Shown piece after piece: positions 1 to 13,249 of a stretch of 64,000 nt of DNA. Position 1 is the stretch's first letter. The number at the start of each line of letters is the position of its first letter. The position numbers were made by a program, and so were the translations under genes. The notes beneath the pieces were generated by a model. It did no database searches. It was given only the letters and a program-made list of their open reading frames with translations, and had not been told where the DNA came from. The DNA is from Dicyema japonicum (lineage: Eukaryota > Animalia > Dicyemida). The stretch lies in the NCBI GenBank assembly GCA_011109175.1, contig RDEW01000047.1:326363-390362 (forward strand), in the 5' to 3' direction.

Positions 1-1
1 C

Positions 2-638
2 TTGGGGGACGAGGAAGATGTAGCTCGACAGAAAATCCTTGCATCTGGTGCTTTCAGAAGCCTATCTAAAATATGGAGTTCGGGAAGAAGACTTTGTGGA
101 AAAATAAAGCTTATGATATACAAATACTTTGTTGTGGCCATCCTAATATATAACTGTGGGACATGGGGTTTGTCTAAACTGGCAATGGAGTCTATTGACA
201 GTTTCGACCGCAGTATGCTTCGGAAGGCACTTAATATTCACTACAAAATGAAGATCAAAAACGATCAATTATATAAGTTGAGCAAAACAGAATCATTATC
301 CATGGAAATCAGAAGATCGAGATGGAGACTGTGCGGTCACATTCTGAGGATGGACCTGGATGTCCCGGCAAATCACGTAATAGATGAATATTTCATGGAA
401 AAAACAAAATCATTCCGAGGAAGGCCTAGAACAACCTTACCTATCACGCTAAATGAGGACCTAAAAGCCATAGGCAGGGAGTTGAAAACAATGGATGACC
501 TCGATGAACTAAGAGATCTTGCGAAACGGAGAGGCCTTTGGATGCGATTGGTCAAAGGGTGGCCGGCGCGGCACAAGGGAACCTTAATTGACTTTTGTTT
601 TTTTATGTGTTCTCGGCAGTGCTGATAATAATAATAAT
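2..638 (+). mobile_element. RTE-clade LINE, 3' end (RT C-terminal region, (TAA)n tail)
   Basis: Translation ILIYNCGTW...RRSRWRLCGHILRMD...RGRPRTTL is typical of the RTE thumb/C-terminus. Ends in gataataataataat. Paralogous to 45821-46315. Confidence 0.85.
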
Positions 639-819
639 CTGAATGGTTAGTCTGCAGTTTCAGTGAGTTGTTAATTTGTCAACAAATGTGTTTGTGTTAA
701 TAACTTTAATCTAAAAATATCATTTTTATCCTATTTTAGGAAATAACTATTTCGACCTCTTCCTTACTTGGGGATACTAGAACAACATGTTGAAACAAAT
801 CAATGATTAAGTTATTTTG

Positions 820-2353
820 TTAAACAAAATTTATTTTAGAATTATTAATAAACACAATTTCTGACAAATAGAAGGAAATAAAGCCTAAGGTAGCCCAAAC
901 AATACAAAGTGATAGATTTGACCGGACATCAATGTAATTACTGATAAAGTACATAATCATTGATCCAATAGCCTATTATTCATACTACAATAACCTGAAA
1001 GAACATAAATAGTGAAAATAAAACTGCTGAATCATGCCTAAAGTGATCACCAATAGTAGTTATAATCTAAAGTTAATTACGACTAAAACAGTGGTATATA
1101 TGCATCCATCACCGAATCCCATTAAAAGACCACAAATCCAAACAAAGTGTATAGTTTTGCTTTAATCAATTAAACTAAAACCTTCCAAAATATGAAATAA
1201 TCAATGTATTCTTTTTTGAAGATATTGAATTCAGTTCATTGGGGAACATTAGAAAGGATATAACATAAACAGAAATATGACATAAATAACCAAACATAAA
1301 CAAAATAGGTTTGTTTAATTTGTGAATTAATCCCTTCCACATTGAAAACAATCCAGCCAACATTTCCCCAATTCCAATACAACACCCAACTATTCCAATA
1401 AGAGCATGTCTCTTATCTCCCAACTGTTGAGTCCTTGCAACAAATGTTTCAAAAACACCAGTATAGAATGCAGACTCAATTCCTAAGCTGATAAACCACA
1501 TCAAACCAACATACATAAATGATATGTAAAGTAGTATATTCCTTCGATTTTTAAGTTGATCAAATATTTCTTGATTATATATTTAAAATACTTTTAAAGT
1601 AGTTTATTGTTGTCTAAAATATATTAAAATATAATACGTTATTATTTAGTGAACAAAATCTCGACAAACATAAAAGTGACAGAAGAAGAGTCCCGAATAT
1701 TGAAACGACTCCCATAATGGAGGATATCACTCTAGTATTATGTGGTTCTGGTTTTAATGTGAAAAAGACTAATATATTTCCAAAAAGAAAACTAATATTA
1801 ATACTGACAACACCTGGATTGGAAAATAACCCAAAATATCCCCACGTGTTTGTCAACATTATGATTATCCGAAAGTTCTATTATTAAAGTTCCCTGACAA
1901 GTCCATAACCCTAAAGTAATGACGATAATAAACCGACAGTTGCAAAACCTGCAAATACAGAGGATAAGTAAAGAAACCATTTGTTAAGGTAAAGGAATGA
2001 GAATATATAAGGACTATAATAATTATTATAATATTACTGAATACAAAGGGAAGATATTAATATCATTTTTCGAAGACCAATTTTGTATATCAATGGTGGA
2101 ATGACTGAAAAAAATAATAAAATGGAAGAGAACATAATTCCGAGACTAAATATTATTTTAATGATTGCCTCATCATTCCATTAATATGGTTATGACCATT
2201 AATGTCGATCACTGTTTGCTGAAAATATAAAATTTAAAATACAGAAATGAGTGCTGTTGTTTGGAAAGCAATGTATATAAAAAGGAATCCTAAAGAAAGT
2301 ATCATTATTTGACAATAATTTGATTCCATTAGATGATTACTTATCATTTTCAT
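820..2353 (-). CDS. UNC93-like / MFSD11-type MFS membrane protein, multi-exon
   Basis: Spliced: MKMISNHLMES..LSLGFLFIYIAFQTT...LWTCQG..GIFWVIFQS..GIESAFYTGVF..IGIGEMLAG..GFGDGC..FQAIGS, stop at 820-822. Introns of 22-24 nt, one GC-AG (2146-2168). Confidence 0.85.
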
Positions 2354-2959
2354 TTATATTAAATTGTTGACGTTGAGACTATTCTTTCCAATGACGCGTA
2401 TATATTTGTCACTACTAAATTATTTAGACATTATCTTTTGTAAAATAACCAATTCAAAAGTTTAATGTATTACTCATCATTGATTACATACTTTGTATTT
2501 GTGGGGACTCCATCTTCTACTTGAAAGCAAGGAATCCTGTGATTGTAGTCATATGTGTTTTTTTAGTGTTAAGGACAAGTAGGATTACATCTTTTCGGGG
2601 AGGAATTGGTACGACATACATGTTCATCTCGTCGGGTAGTCTGAACTCGGGTGTGTCAAGCTACCCCAAGCTGCCGTGAAGGCATCTCGTTGATTGNNNN
2701 NNNNNNNNNNNNNNNNNNNNNNNNNNNNNNNNNNNNNNNNNNNNNNNNNNNNNNNNNNNNNNNNNNNNNNNNNNNNNNNNNNNNNNNNNNNNNNNNNNNN
2801 NNNNNNNNNNNNNNNNNNNNNNNNNNNNNNNNNNNNNNNNNNNNNNNNNNNNNNNNNNNNNNNNNNNNNNNNNNNNNNNNNNNNNNNNNNNNNNNNNNNN
2901 NNNNNNNNNNNNNNNNNNNNNNNNNNNNNNNNNNNNNNNNNNNNNNNNNNNNNNNNNNN

Positions 2960-3872
2960 TCGTCATTAATTTCTTCAATAAAATTTTGGGTCCATTTAGA
3001 ATGTCGATAACAGTTTATTGTACTATTTACCTTTGCCCATGCTAGATAAGCATCCTTTAGGCTTATTTCTTTACATGCTTTGGATGATGATTTTCCGAAT
3101 CAATTTTTTGATAATTTCAAGAAATTTGAATTTATTGAATAGCGTATTTAATGTCTTAATGACTTTTGGTCCATCGGCTGTAAAACACATGAAACATTTG
3201 ACAGTAAAAACATTATTTCAATTTGCTGTAAATTTGTAAAAATCTTGTGAGATGGACATTGGTCAATTACGAGTATATTTTGCGCTTTTCCAATCAAACA
3301 AAAATTCCTTTGCAAAGCCCTCGGCCTTTGTAAGAATAATCGCGTCATTAAGAATTCCTCCTCTGGTTTTCATCAGTTTAATCCATGATATGGTATCCTA
3401 ATCGATTTCATTGAAATTGCATAATAATTCTGAAAAAAAGCAAGGTGGATACAAGTCATCTAAGGAAGAAGTTCCTCAAGTCATATAAGGATCGTCTTGA
3501 AGCAACACGTTTGAAATTCCGGAAAAGATTTCGGACAGTCTAGTAGGCGAAATCCCTGGATTTTGATCGATAAATTTTATAATTTTGAGTTTTTCAGAAT
3601 TTTTTAATCATGTACAATTACTTTTCATTAGGACCAACAACACAAAAATGATAATGTCTCGTGTATAAGTATTTTTGAATTAAAAAAAATTCGAGGCTTT
3701 TTATTAAAAAAAAGAAAAGAGAGTAAACGGTTATATAGCGGCTGCCATGACTGCGTGGCTATTTCCTCTCAGGATGGAGCGAGATTCGCTCAAATAACCA
3801 GCATTAAAAAATAAAAATAATTAAGATAAAAAAATATTTTTAAAAATGCGGCGGATTCGAGAGGTTTTACTG
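2960..3872 (-). mobile_element. Degenerate Tigger/pogo (CENP-B/DDE-1) DNA transposon
   Basis: Remnant ILVIDQCPSHK..IEIMFL..VLQPMDQ. TIR CAGTAAAACCTC at 3872 next to TA. Similar to 27490-28200. Confidence 0.75.
3700..3805 (-). mobile_element. CRE-clade LINE 3' terminal fragment nested in Tigger
   Basis: Translates CWLFERISL(A)ILRGNSHAVMAAAI*. Homologous copy at 54998-55150. Confidence 0.7.
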
Positions 3873-3942
3873 TATTATTCGTAATAATGTAAGATCTTGG
3901 AAAATTTTACAATGATAATGTTATGTAAATATTCTGACGACT

Positions 3943-4270
3943 TTTTTATTATAATTAACCCCGGATATACCGAGAAAGTTAACTAATTATTTGTATCAGT
4001 TTTCACTGTCACAGGAAGAGTCCTTTACGTCACACATGTATACTCGGAACAAACATAAAAGCTAAAAGATGTCCATTCATGTTGTGGAATCCCCTCCAAT
4101 GAAGAGGGGGAGAGCAAATAATCCTTTTTTGTGCCATCCTGGGACTGGGTGTCACCTGAGACTAGTAGATAACATGACACCACTCTATTAAAAAAGGGGA
4201 TATGAGGAAAAACAGAATTCTTAGACCATTTGGCCACATAGTACAACATGGTGCCACGTGAAATTTTTGA
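3943..4270 (-). mobile_element. Non-autonomous retroposon (SINE-like family A), diverged copy
   Basis: Colinear with 46402-46708. 10-bp TSD TCTGACGACT at 3933-3942 and 4271-4280. Confidence 0.8.
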
Positions 4271-5170
4271 TCTGACGACTAGACGAGGAAAAATTGTTTG
4301 AGATAGTAGCGGGCTAACTGGGCCAGTATTATATCCATGATCACCTTCAAAGGCATTGTTGCATTAGAAGGATGAGGGAAAACAAAAATTGTTTGAGATA
4401 GTAGCGGGCTAACTGGGCCAGTATTATATCCATGATCACCTTCAAAGGCATTGTTGCATTAGAAGGATGAGGGAAAACAAAAAAATAGAAAGATCTCTTT
4501 GAGGATTCCAAAGATATTATTAGGAGAAAATTAATTTCTACGATAACCAAAAGCAAAAAGGCGACTATAGTGGAGATATTAAAACCAAGAGAAACAAAAC
4601 CCTTTTGTTGTTCAACATAAGTAGGATATTTTTCTTTTCGTTTTTCAAGAAATTGTATTGCCTTCAATTTTATATATATGCGAGGGGTGTTTCTCTCAAA
4701 GGAAAGTGAGAATAATTTTGGTGTTGAAAAAGACTGAGAGATTATGCATAGGGTCTGACGTCAAGTTAAATAAGGACCAGTGGTGGTGCCAGTTAAAGAG
4801 AGAATAGCGACCATCCCTATGAAGGGTTGTGATCTACCTTCACATGTCCAGATGAAGAGTCCATGCCCTTTGAGGTACTATTTATGCTATTTAAACTTTC
4901 CCTCTTCTTTAACCATACATAATTCTGTGATGATAAAAATAATCCATTTATAAAGATGGTGTTATAATTGCCGAACAGAATTCAGATCCTTTCCGGTTTG
5001 AATCTTGCTTCTCCGATTGAAGTTCCTTGCATCTATGATGTTTTCTGGCTTTACGAGTAACACCTTAATTGATAATCCACTGATATTAAATTGTCTACTG
5101 GAAATTTATAATCATACTTGATACCCTGGATAAATTAATATAGCTGTTCTTTTCCTCTTAAAATTAAATA

Positions 5171-5964
5171 CCGTATTTGCCGAAGTATAAGTCGACCTTT
5201 TTCAATCAAAATTGACCTAAAAAAATCGACCTCGACTTGTACACCGAGTCATGAAATTCAACTTCGTATTCATTGCTTCAAATATGATGGTAATTACTAC
5301 ACTCTCACAAAAGAAAATTTAAATGCAACAACACTGATGTTGCCGTTATTCCTGGTGCACTAACAAGTGTTGTGCAGCTACTTGATGTTTCTTTGAACAA
5401 GCCGTTCAAAGACAGATTGAGAGAAAATTGGAGTAATTGGATGATAGAAGGCGAAAAGCAGTTTACTAAAGGGGGAGCTATGAAAGCACCCTCGTTAGAA
5501 ATAATAACAGGATGGATTAAACAGTCGTGGGATGATGTGTCGCTGTCTACTGTGGAACGCTCCTTTAAGAAATGCTGCATTTCCAACGCTCTCTATAGGA
5601 CAGAAGACGACCTTATCTGGGAATAGGAGGAAACTGATGATAAAGAAGACCAAGAAGATGCCCTTTATGACAACAAACCTTTATGGAAATGAATGGATGG
5701 AACGAGCTTTTTGGAAATAGTGACGATGAAGACGGATTTTTATAATTCTAATTTATTGTTTCTTAATTAAAAATAAATCACTTTCTAAGAGTGTTCATTG
5801 TTGTTAGTCTCTCTCGGCGCGTAATATCACAGGGTTACAAAGTAAATAGTAGGCGGTCGACTTATACTCCAACAAATACGGTATATGTCTTCCAAAGTGG
5901 AGGTTTTGTATTGAAAGGTTACAAAGTAAATAGTAGGCGGTCGACTTATACTCCGGCAAATACG
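5171..5964 (+). mobile_element. Internally deleted pogo-family DNA transposon
   Basis: TIRs (TA)CCGTATTTGCCGAAGTATAAGTCGAC and GTCGACTTATACTCCAACAAATACGG(TA); right end repeated at 5917-5964. DDE C-terminal remnant QLLDVSLNKPFK..WIKQSW..SFKKCCISNAL. Confidence 0.85.
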
Positions 5965-6099
5965 CCTCTACGAAAAAATTGTCTTCAATCCCACTTATGA
6001 AATTAATGCGACCAGTTAAGCCTAATATATTACATTATTAATGCACTTTCGCTATACAACAACGTCATCCTCCATTTTCTTATGTCACAGGTAAGTTCT

Positions 6100-6720
6100 A
6101 TTTATTTAATAACCCCGAGAAGGGACTACCAAGAAATAAGGAGTAAACCAACTAATTAAGTGATTATTAGGTAAGCTCTAGTAGTCTATGAATTCACCAG
6201 GGACGTCAGTTGTACTTTTTGTGATGTTATTGCCTCTCACATTCTCACTTTTCTATAGTATTCAACTATGACATCCGTTAGTTCATTCTGATGCCAGGTT
6301 TATAGGTAGGCCATTGAGTTTAGTACCCAGATGCTTCTTTTACTCATGGCTACACTTGCAGTCTTTAAACTGTCCAGATTATAATGTTATGAATGTAAGA
6401 AACCGACATATTACAAAGTCTATTTGGTTATAGATTTGATAACCTGGCCATCAGATATGTCCGCTGGGTACAAGAAACCATTATTTTCTGTATAAACCAT
6501 TATTTTCTATAGAATTCATCTCAATCCACCCACTGTGGGGTGAATAATTGTTAGATAACTTTTAGGAAGAATCATTTATTTTGAGTTGTAGCAATCCAAC
6601 TCAGTCATTAATTCTCCAATATTGTGATATATCGGAAGTCAGATCATTCCTAATCCCAAGCAACTTGGTGGGAAGATTAGACAATACTCTCAAGTCAACT
6701 GGCCAGTTTACCAACTCAAC
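6100..6720 (-). mobile_element. Heavily decayed Ingi/Vingi-like LINE remnant
   Basis: Family 3' end CACTTAATTAGTTGG..GGGGTTATTAAATAA at 6100-6162, near-identical to 62648-62704. Faint endonuclease-like remnants upstream. Confidence 0.5.
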
Positions 6721-7770
6721 CAACTATTACATATTGAATTTATGAATAAACAATAAGTATGCTTAAACAGATTAATTATTAGATATTAAATAATGCTAAT
6801 AAAAAAGTATCTCAATCTTCTTAATAAAAAAGTATCCGTTGATAAAATAGATTACAATAATTACAGAAAGAGTTGTTTTTTCATGTTTAATATATTTATG
6901 GTGTTAAATATAGTTTTTCGATTACCTTCCAATGATATCACAAGCATTGTAATCTCTTAAAGGAATTTGTTTTTCTCGATAAGAGGATGTGTGATCACTA
7001 CAAGAAAACAATTATTTGATCACTATATGTGGCAAAATTTTAGACAGAATGCATCCGCAGAGAACTCTCGATCCTGTATGACGCTCCAGTAAAAATTAAG
7101 ATATGAGAAGGAGAGATGACTAACTTGTATGCTTCTCCAGTTGATCTTGGCTACGTAAATTATGGATCCAATTAACTCATAATAACTATTATAATCGGTG
7201 ACGTCATTATCAATATTTCGTTGTTGCGAATGTGCATAATCATTGATGCTATGCTAGTAATAGACTTTGAATTAATTCAACAAAAATCTAATCCGGGTTG
7301 TTTATGTCAATTATAATAAAGCTACAAACAATTTTCATAGAGACAGCTGAAGGCATAAGTCTCTTTAATAGACTGGGACGTCACGGGTACACTCAAAAGC
7401 CGTAATCTCATTGTCTCCTACCACGAGAGCTAACACAGTGTCAATTATTTGGATGGGGATAGTCAGAACTTAACCTGATTTAAAGGAATTGGAGTGCTAC
7501 AACTCAGAGCGCAATCTATAGACCTTAAAATAATCAATTAGACTATTCAAAATGGATCAACTTACGTTAATCAAATTGAACCTTGAAATTATCTAAAAAA
7601 AGACAGGCCATATGGTGATATCAATAGTAATTTGGAGAATTAATAATGTTGATTGAGCATTCATTGTGGTTATAGATTACTTAGCAGAGAGCACTGAGTG
7701 ATATTGACGTTCAAATCAATTTAATATAAACCAGTAAAGTATGTTTAATATTCAAGTTTAAGTATAAAAA

Positions 7771-8674
7771 TCAATTTGGCCTGTAAACAATCTCACTAAC
7801 AGTCGAGACAGAATCCGAATCAAAATATGATCGTATGTGGTAAGGAAAGTACTGTGGTCCATCAATATTACTCCTAAAGTGATGACCTGGTCCATAATAC
7901 GTATGCATTAAATGTCTTCTCATTGGTGACCGAGAGTAATACCTAACACTAAGCATTAATTACACATAAACTGATGAAATGTATTAATTTGGCACATATC
8001 CAATAAATTTCTCCAATCAACACGGGGATCTACCATAATAACAAATACTACCATATGGAACACGTGCTCTACGTCTGTTATTAGAGTGGACCACATTATT
8101 TAATGTTGAAATGTGTGGTTTACGACAACTTTTCCTTTCAGAAATAGATTCATCACGTCCATTTTTAAATACACCTCCAACAGAGTCGACAATATGTTCA
8201 ATGTAGTTATTAATGATAGCAGACGGACAGTATCCTGTGATTGGACTCCTGCAGAGAGGACAACAATTTGAGTTGTCTAGTTGTGTTTGAGCAGTCCATT
8301 CCTCGACACAGGAACGACAGAATGAATGTGAACAGTTGAGAGTAACAGCCTTCATTAAATTAATGAGGCCATTACATCAATAAAAATTAGCTGACAAACG
8401 GTGCAGGTCATTTCCTTTTGAAGCGTGGATATTAGTAGACTGCACGATTCTTCAGATATTTTAGGAGTCGATTTCTTAAGATGCATCAAATTTTGTTGCA
8501 ATTCACATTTCTAATAAGGTCATATATAAGCAATATTGGACAGCTGAAATTACTAATTCTGACCGCATTATATTCAATTAATTTTCCTACCTTTAAATGA
8601 GCCTTTAATCCATGACGTTTTGATAAAGCTTGTAGTCTTTTGTAGCTTAGTTTCATTATCTCTGTTCTCTCCAT
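7771..8674 (-). CDS. RING-finger E3 ligase (RNF8-like C3HC4 RING) with N-terminal SAP-like motif
   Basis: Spliced: MERTEIMKLSYKRLQALSKRHGLKAHLK|KCELQQNL...MTCTVCQLIFID|AVTLNCSHSFCRSC..CPLCRSPI. Introns 8511-8590 (80 nt) and 8350-8375 (26 nt). 3' exon structure less certain. Confidence 0.75.
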
Positions 8675-10749
8675 CTTCTGGATATTCTAACAATTAAAAC
8701 GGCAAAATAGTATTTATAGGAACAAATGGCGTAGATTACAGTCATTATTTTTACAAAATAGCACATTATAATCTCATTAGACTACATAATCACAAGCATT
8801 TCCATAATTACACCAACACTATTAGATTTGATTGTAAATTAAATAAAAAATATTTATTACTTTATGGGTAGATGATAAATATTATTTTATAAATTTAATT
8901 AACTTTTAATAAATTATATACTCATGTTTATGCTTGCACTAAACGATCATTTATTGTGATCAATTTATGGACTATCCAAATTATCAAACGTAATTAATTT
9001 GATTTGTTTCTATGGTTTTTTCCAATCGTTAATGCGGAACATCAATTTTAATGGAATCCTTTATTAGCAGGATCACTATGAGTCATTAATGTTGAGGTTC
9101 TTATGATTTATGGAAATTTAATGATCGATACATTTGGGCAATTTCCTACAATAATCAATCAAGCATTGACTTGTTTAGATTATTTAGTTATCCAATTATT
9201 AATTTTTGGGTTTTAATAATTGGGCTAATGTTAATTTCAACCAAAAAGAAAATCTAAATCAGAAAATCCTAAAGACTCTTATATTCTCGTTATTACAAGA
9301 GATTCTATTAACTTTTATGAGGAGAACGTGCTTTTATTTTGTGAGAACGTGATGAAGCTTGAATCTGACGTCATGTGGTTCTTTATTGCCGACCTTGTGA
9401 TATTCCTAAGAGGATATCAGTCGTGGCATGTTTATCATGAATGATGTAATTATGTTGTTTGCTGTTTTACTGATAAAATTCCTGTGGGTTGAGCTTACTG
9501 AATAATACTTAATGATTTAGTATGTGTTCTTATAATGCCTATTAAACAAAATTATTAGGTTTTTTTATATTTTACACTTATTCATTAAATATTGGGCTAA
9601 ATAGCTAGCACATCTGATCACTTGGCCATAAACAACATGGTACTTATTGCCTAAAATATATTGTCTTCTCAGTTTTTCATCGACAGTGCAAAAAAGGTCT
9701 TACCACTGTCTTAGATAGTAATGGGATTTTATCACTTCCACAGGATCACTGGATTAATAAAAAAGAATTTCCTTAGCTAAATAGCCGATAAATGTATAAA
9801 ACTTGATCACAACAACCATTGAAGAGTAAATTTGAATTTTCAGATCTTCAAGTTTACTTGACCCACTTCAGCTGTCGTCACCATTCTAGTTTGCATTTAA
9901 GCAAGTTGAGGGGAGGAAATTGTGGGCAACAAACGAATATGTTCTTTAACAAGTTGAGCAAAGAAATTCAGTGACAACTTATGAGTAGGACCTGTGTGAG
10001 AGTCGTTTGATTTTCTAAGCGAAAGTTAAAGACTCCCACCATTGGGGAGACGATTATAGAAATAGTCGATAATATCCTCAGAAAATTCCGTTTAATATGA
10101 TTGTAAGTAATCCTCCCCTGACTATTTCATGATTATTATGACTGATAACGGAGAAAGGAAGTTGGTGTTACTTCTAGACTCTTGCAATAATAAATATAGA
10201 CATAGAATTTCTAAATTAAGGATCTTGTTCCTGATTTATACTCAGTTTTTTAATTAGGTCTGGGATTGGTGACTCCTTATTAGCATAGACCACCCTTGAG
10301 TGTCATTACGTTTGAAAAATAGGGAAAACGTGATTAAGAGGAGAATTAACGTCGTATTGCTGCCAGATCACAAAATTTTTACAAATCAGGGATTAAGAAA
10401 AGTTAATGAATGGTAATTCGTCACAAAAGTTTATTGAGACTTTATTGATTTTCTAGTTCTTTAGAGTGTCCACGTACAAAATTGGATGTTTTCCCGGAAC
10501 ATTAAACCAATTTTCAAAGTAGGCCGCTATGCATTCAACTTATCGATTGGGTTTGTCAAAAGTTTTCCATCACCGTCCTGTTTTATCTTGACTTCTTATT
10601 TCTTTCGGTTGCTCAGTTTGTAGGAGTTTTCTGTACTTCGAGATGATCAATTTTTATTTGCAGTAACTTTTTATCGTAATTCCTATCAAGTGTCTTTTGT
10701 ACTTTTTCCTTTTGTTCTTTTACAATGTCTACCTCAGGGCAAGTTTTAT

Positions 10750-11660
10750 CTTGAGTAAGGGTCATTATCATTTTATTAACCGTAAAGTCCAAGGACAGTC
10801 CACATACCTTCAGGAGAAATTCATTGCTATAATTTTCTAAATATAAATTTGATAGTTTTCACCATTCTGTGTCTATTTGCATAGTTGTTTTGTCTTGAAT
10901 CTTCTGACCTCTGTCACGGGCTCTATTCGCTGCTTATTTTCATAAGAAAACGAGTGGAGACAATTTTTGGTCCGACAGTCTCCGCTCTTCCATACAACCA
11001 GATTCCCGTAGAATCCATTTTTCTTCTCTGATGTAGTCTATTTGATTAAAGATGTTGATTATTTTCCCTGTGGTACAAATTCTTCCAATCCATTTAGTTT
11101 ATGACGAGAGGGTTGTTGAAAGCAGTTGTTGCATAAAAAACTAAATACTTGGCAGAGGTTAGCCATTGTCAATCCAGGGATCCTACTGATTCCTCTTCCA
11201 TGCCGAACTCCTACCTTTGCATTTGAGTCTCCTGCAAAGGATCGAATTTCAGTCATTGCTCTCCTCAATTCTTTGTAGAAGTAGTCTTTTCATAACACTA
11301 TGTAGAGAATAGACATTTATGATTGTATTAAACCTTATCGAATCTTTATAAGGTTCCGTTTTAATTATATTCCACAGATCTTGTCATTAACTTTCCAGTA
11401 TCTGTACAAACGTGGAATAATGTCCTTATGCATAACAAAACCATAACCATAATGTCTTGAATCCAAGGGGAGCAGCATTGAGACATAGTTTCCATGCTCT
11501 TCGTACAATCCATCGACCAGTTTCCTTCAATCTGTATACAGACCCGCCATTTTTTGAATGTCCGAACACAGAATGTGTCTCTGTCACATTTTTCAAGTCT
11601 TCTAGTGTTGAAAATAAAAAGGGTTAGTTCTTTTTGAAGTTTCAAACGCTTTTTAGACAT
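10750..11660 (-). mobile_element. Decayed RTE-like LINE endonuclease region
   Basis: Remnants FNTRRL..CIQ.., GDSNAKVG, LCNNCFQQPSRHK, then IDY-like and SDH-like motifs. Many stops and frameshifts. Confidence 0.65.
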
Positions 11661-11917
11661 GTGTGCAATAGAGACACGTTATCAGAACATTCTTCTGTCT
11701 AAAGATAAGAAGGATTATAACTAATTTTTCTATACTCATAGATGTCGATATGTTGCATTCTTTGTTTGACATCCTGGTTGTCTCAATCGAGAGAGACCTG
11801 GAATCTGTTATCAGCAAAAGTTCAGTATAGAGAGGTCGCGAAGATCTAAATTAGACAATAATGGTAATAATAGCGACCTTTGGGACACACTATTAGGTAG
11901 AAAAAGACAGACAGATT

Positions 11918-12410
11918 TTGTTCATTTTAGACAGACGCGTCATGCGTGCTCTTGAAGCTGCAGGCTTCCAGGCAGCACTGGAGCCCGTGGGATTGGACCG
12001 CGGAGACGGGAAAAGACCGAATAGGTTAACTATCTTTCCGTTCACTGAGGGAAAATCGCTCGTATGGGACTGCACTGTTGTGGATTCTTTCTCGAACTCG
12101 ATGATACTCAGGTCGGCGCAGTCTGCTGGATTGGCAGCCGAAATCGAGATTAAAAATATGGCGAAATTGGGGACCGCTACCGTTTTGTACTGGTGGCAAT
12201 TGAGACGTCTGCTACGGCCAGAAGTATCACAGCCTCTTTCCTGAAGGAAATCGGGGGGAAATTGGCCTACCGCAAGAAAGACGTACGGGAAGCGGTCTGG
12301 TTGAGGCAACGAATTGGGATCGCAGTTGTCCGCGGAAACGCTTACTCCGTAATGTCAGCAGCCGCTCTCCCCCATAGTTAATAAATAATATTTTATTGTA
12401 TTTAATAAAA
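11918..12410 (+). mobile_element. CRE-clade LINE 3' fragment (restriction-like endonuclease)
   Basis: LEPVGLDRGDGKRP..LVWDCTVVD..AIET..FLKEIG..WLRQRIGIAVVRGNA across one frameshift. Confidence 0.85.
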
Positions 12411-12477
12411 TAAGTCCATTTAAGTATGTAAATAAATTTAAATTGAACACATTATTTTTTAGTGTGAATATATATAT

Positions 12478-13243
12478 ATGCCAATATATACTCCCACAAA
12501 CCAGAAAAGATTGACCAATGTAACATCTATAAAAATGAAGAAGAATGGAAAGAGATTTGAAATAGCCTGTTATCCCAACAAAATAAATGCATGGAGGAAT
12601 AAAATGTAGTTAGATTACTAATACCAGAGAAAAGGAAATCGACAATGTACTGCAAACAACCACCATATTCACAAATGTGTCAAAAGGGGAAGTCGCAAAA
12701 AGGGACCAAGTTAAGTCTGCTTTTGGGGAAATGAGTGACCTTGAAGTGTGCAAACTAATATTATCATCTGGGGACTTTAAGGACAACGAAAAGGAACGAA
12801 CCAACAAAAATCAAAATTCGTATCGTGCAGTGGCGACGTTGGTCAGTGAGAAGTGTTTTAACCCTCAAACGAAGTTGCCTTATCCAGTCTCCACCATCGA
12901 TAAGATCATGTCCACCAAACTACACTTTTCCGTCAATCCCAATCAGTCCATAAAACAACAGGCAGTCCAAGTAATCAGGAAGATAAAAGAACTCAACATA
13001 ATTCCCGTAGAAAGGGCTGGAATGCTCATCAAGGTGACATTTGATGGTATTGACGACAATCTTATTCAATCAGTGATAGACTTGTCTACTCAAGTTGTTA
13101 CTCGTGATATCACTCAATTGGTACTTTTATGGATTATTTAGACGGTTGTTGTGGAACCTGAGGTTTATAGGCAGGTCCTCTCATTGGTGGAGCCTGTTAG
13201 AGGATGTTCTGTTGAAATTATTAATTCTAATTTTGTTGAATAA
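12478..13243 (+). CDS. SBDS: Ribosome maturation protein SBDS
   Basis: [62 protein letters not shown]. Introns 12606-12627 (22 nt) and 13121-13141 (21 nt). TAA at 13241-13243. Confidence 0.95.
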
Positions 13244-13249
13244 ATTATT

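Noticed and set aside
2651-3010. ORFs spanning N gaps (also 52900-53132)
   Set aside because: Artefacts of translating through Ns.
3700-3805. Repeated hairpin-rich module (also 55048-55150) as a small ncRNA
   Set aside because: It translates as the CRE LINE C-terminus (GDPRECCWLFEQISLAILRG), so it is a retrotransposon tail.
8511-8590. Possible GT-TG micro-intron in the RING gene
   Set aside because: A single canonical 80-nt GT-AG intron gives a better SAP-like sequence.
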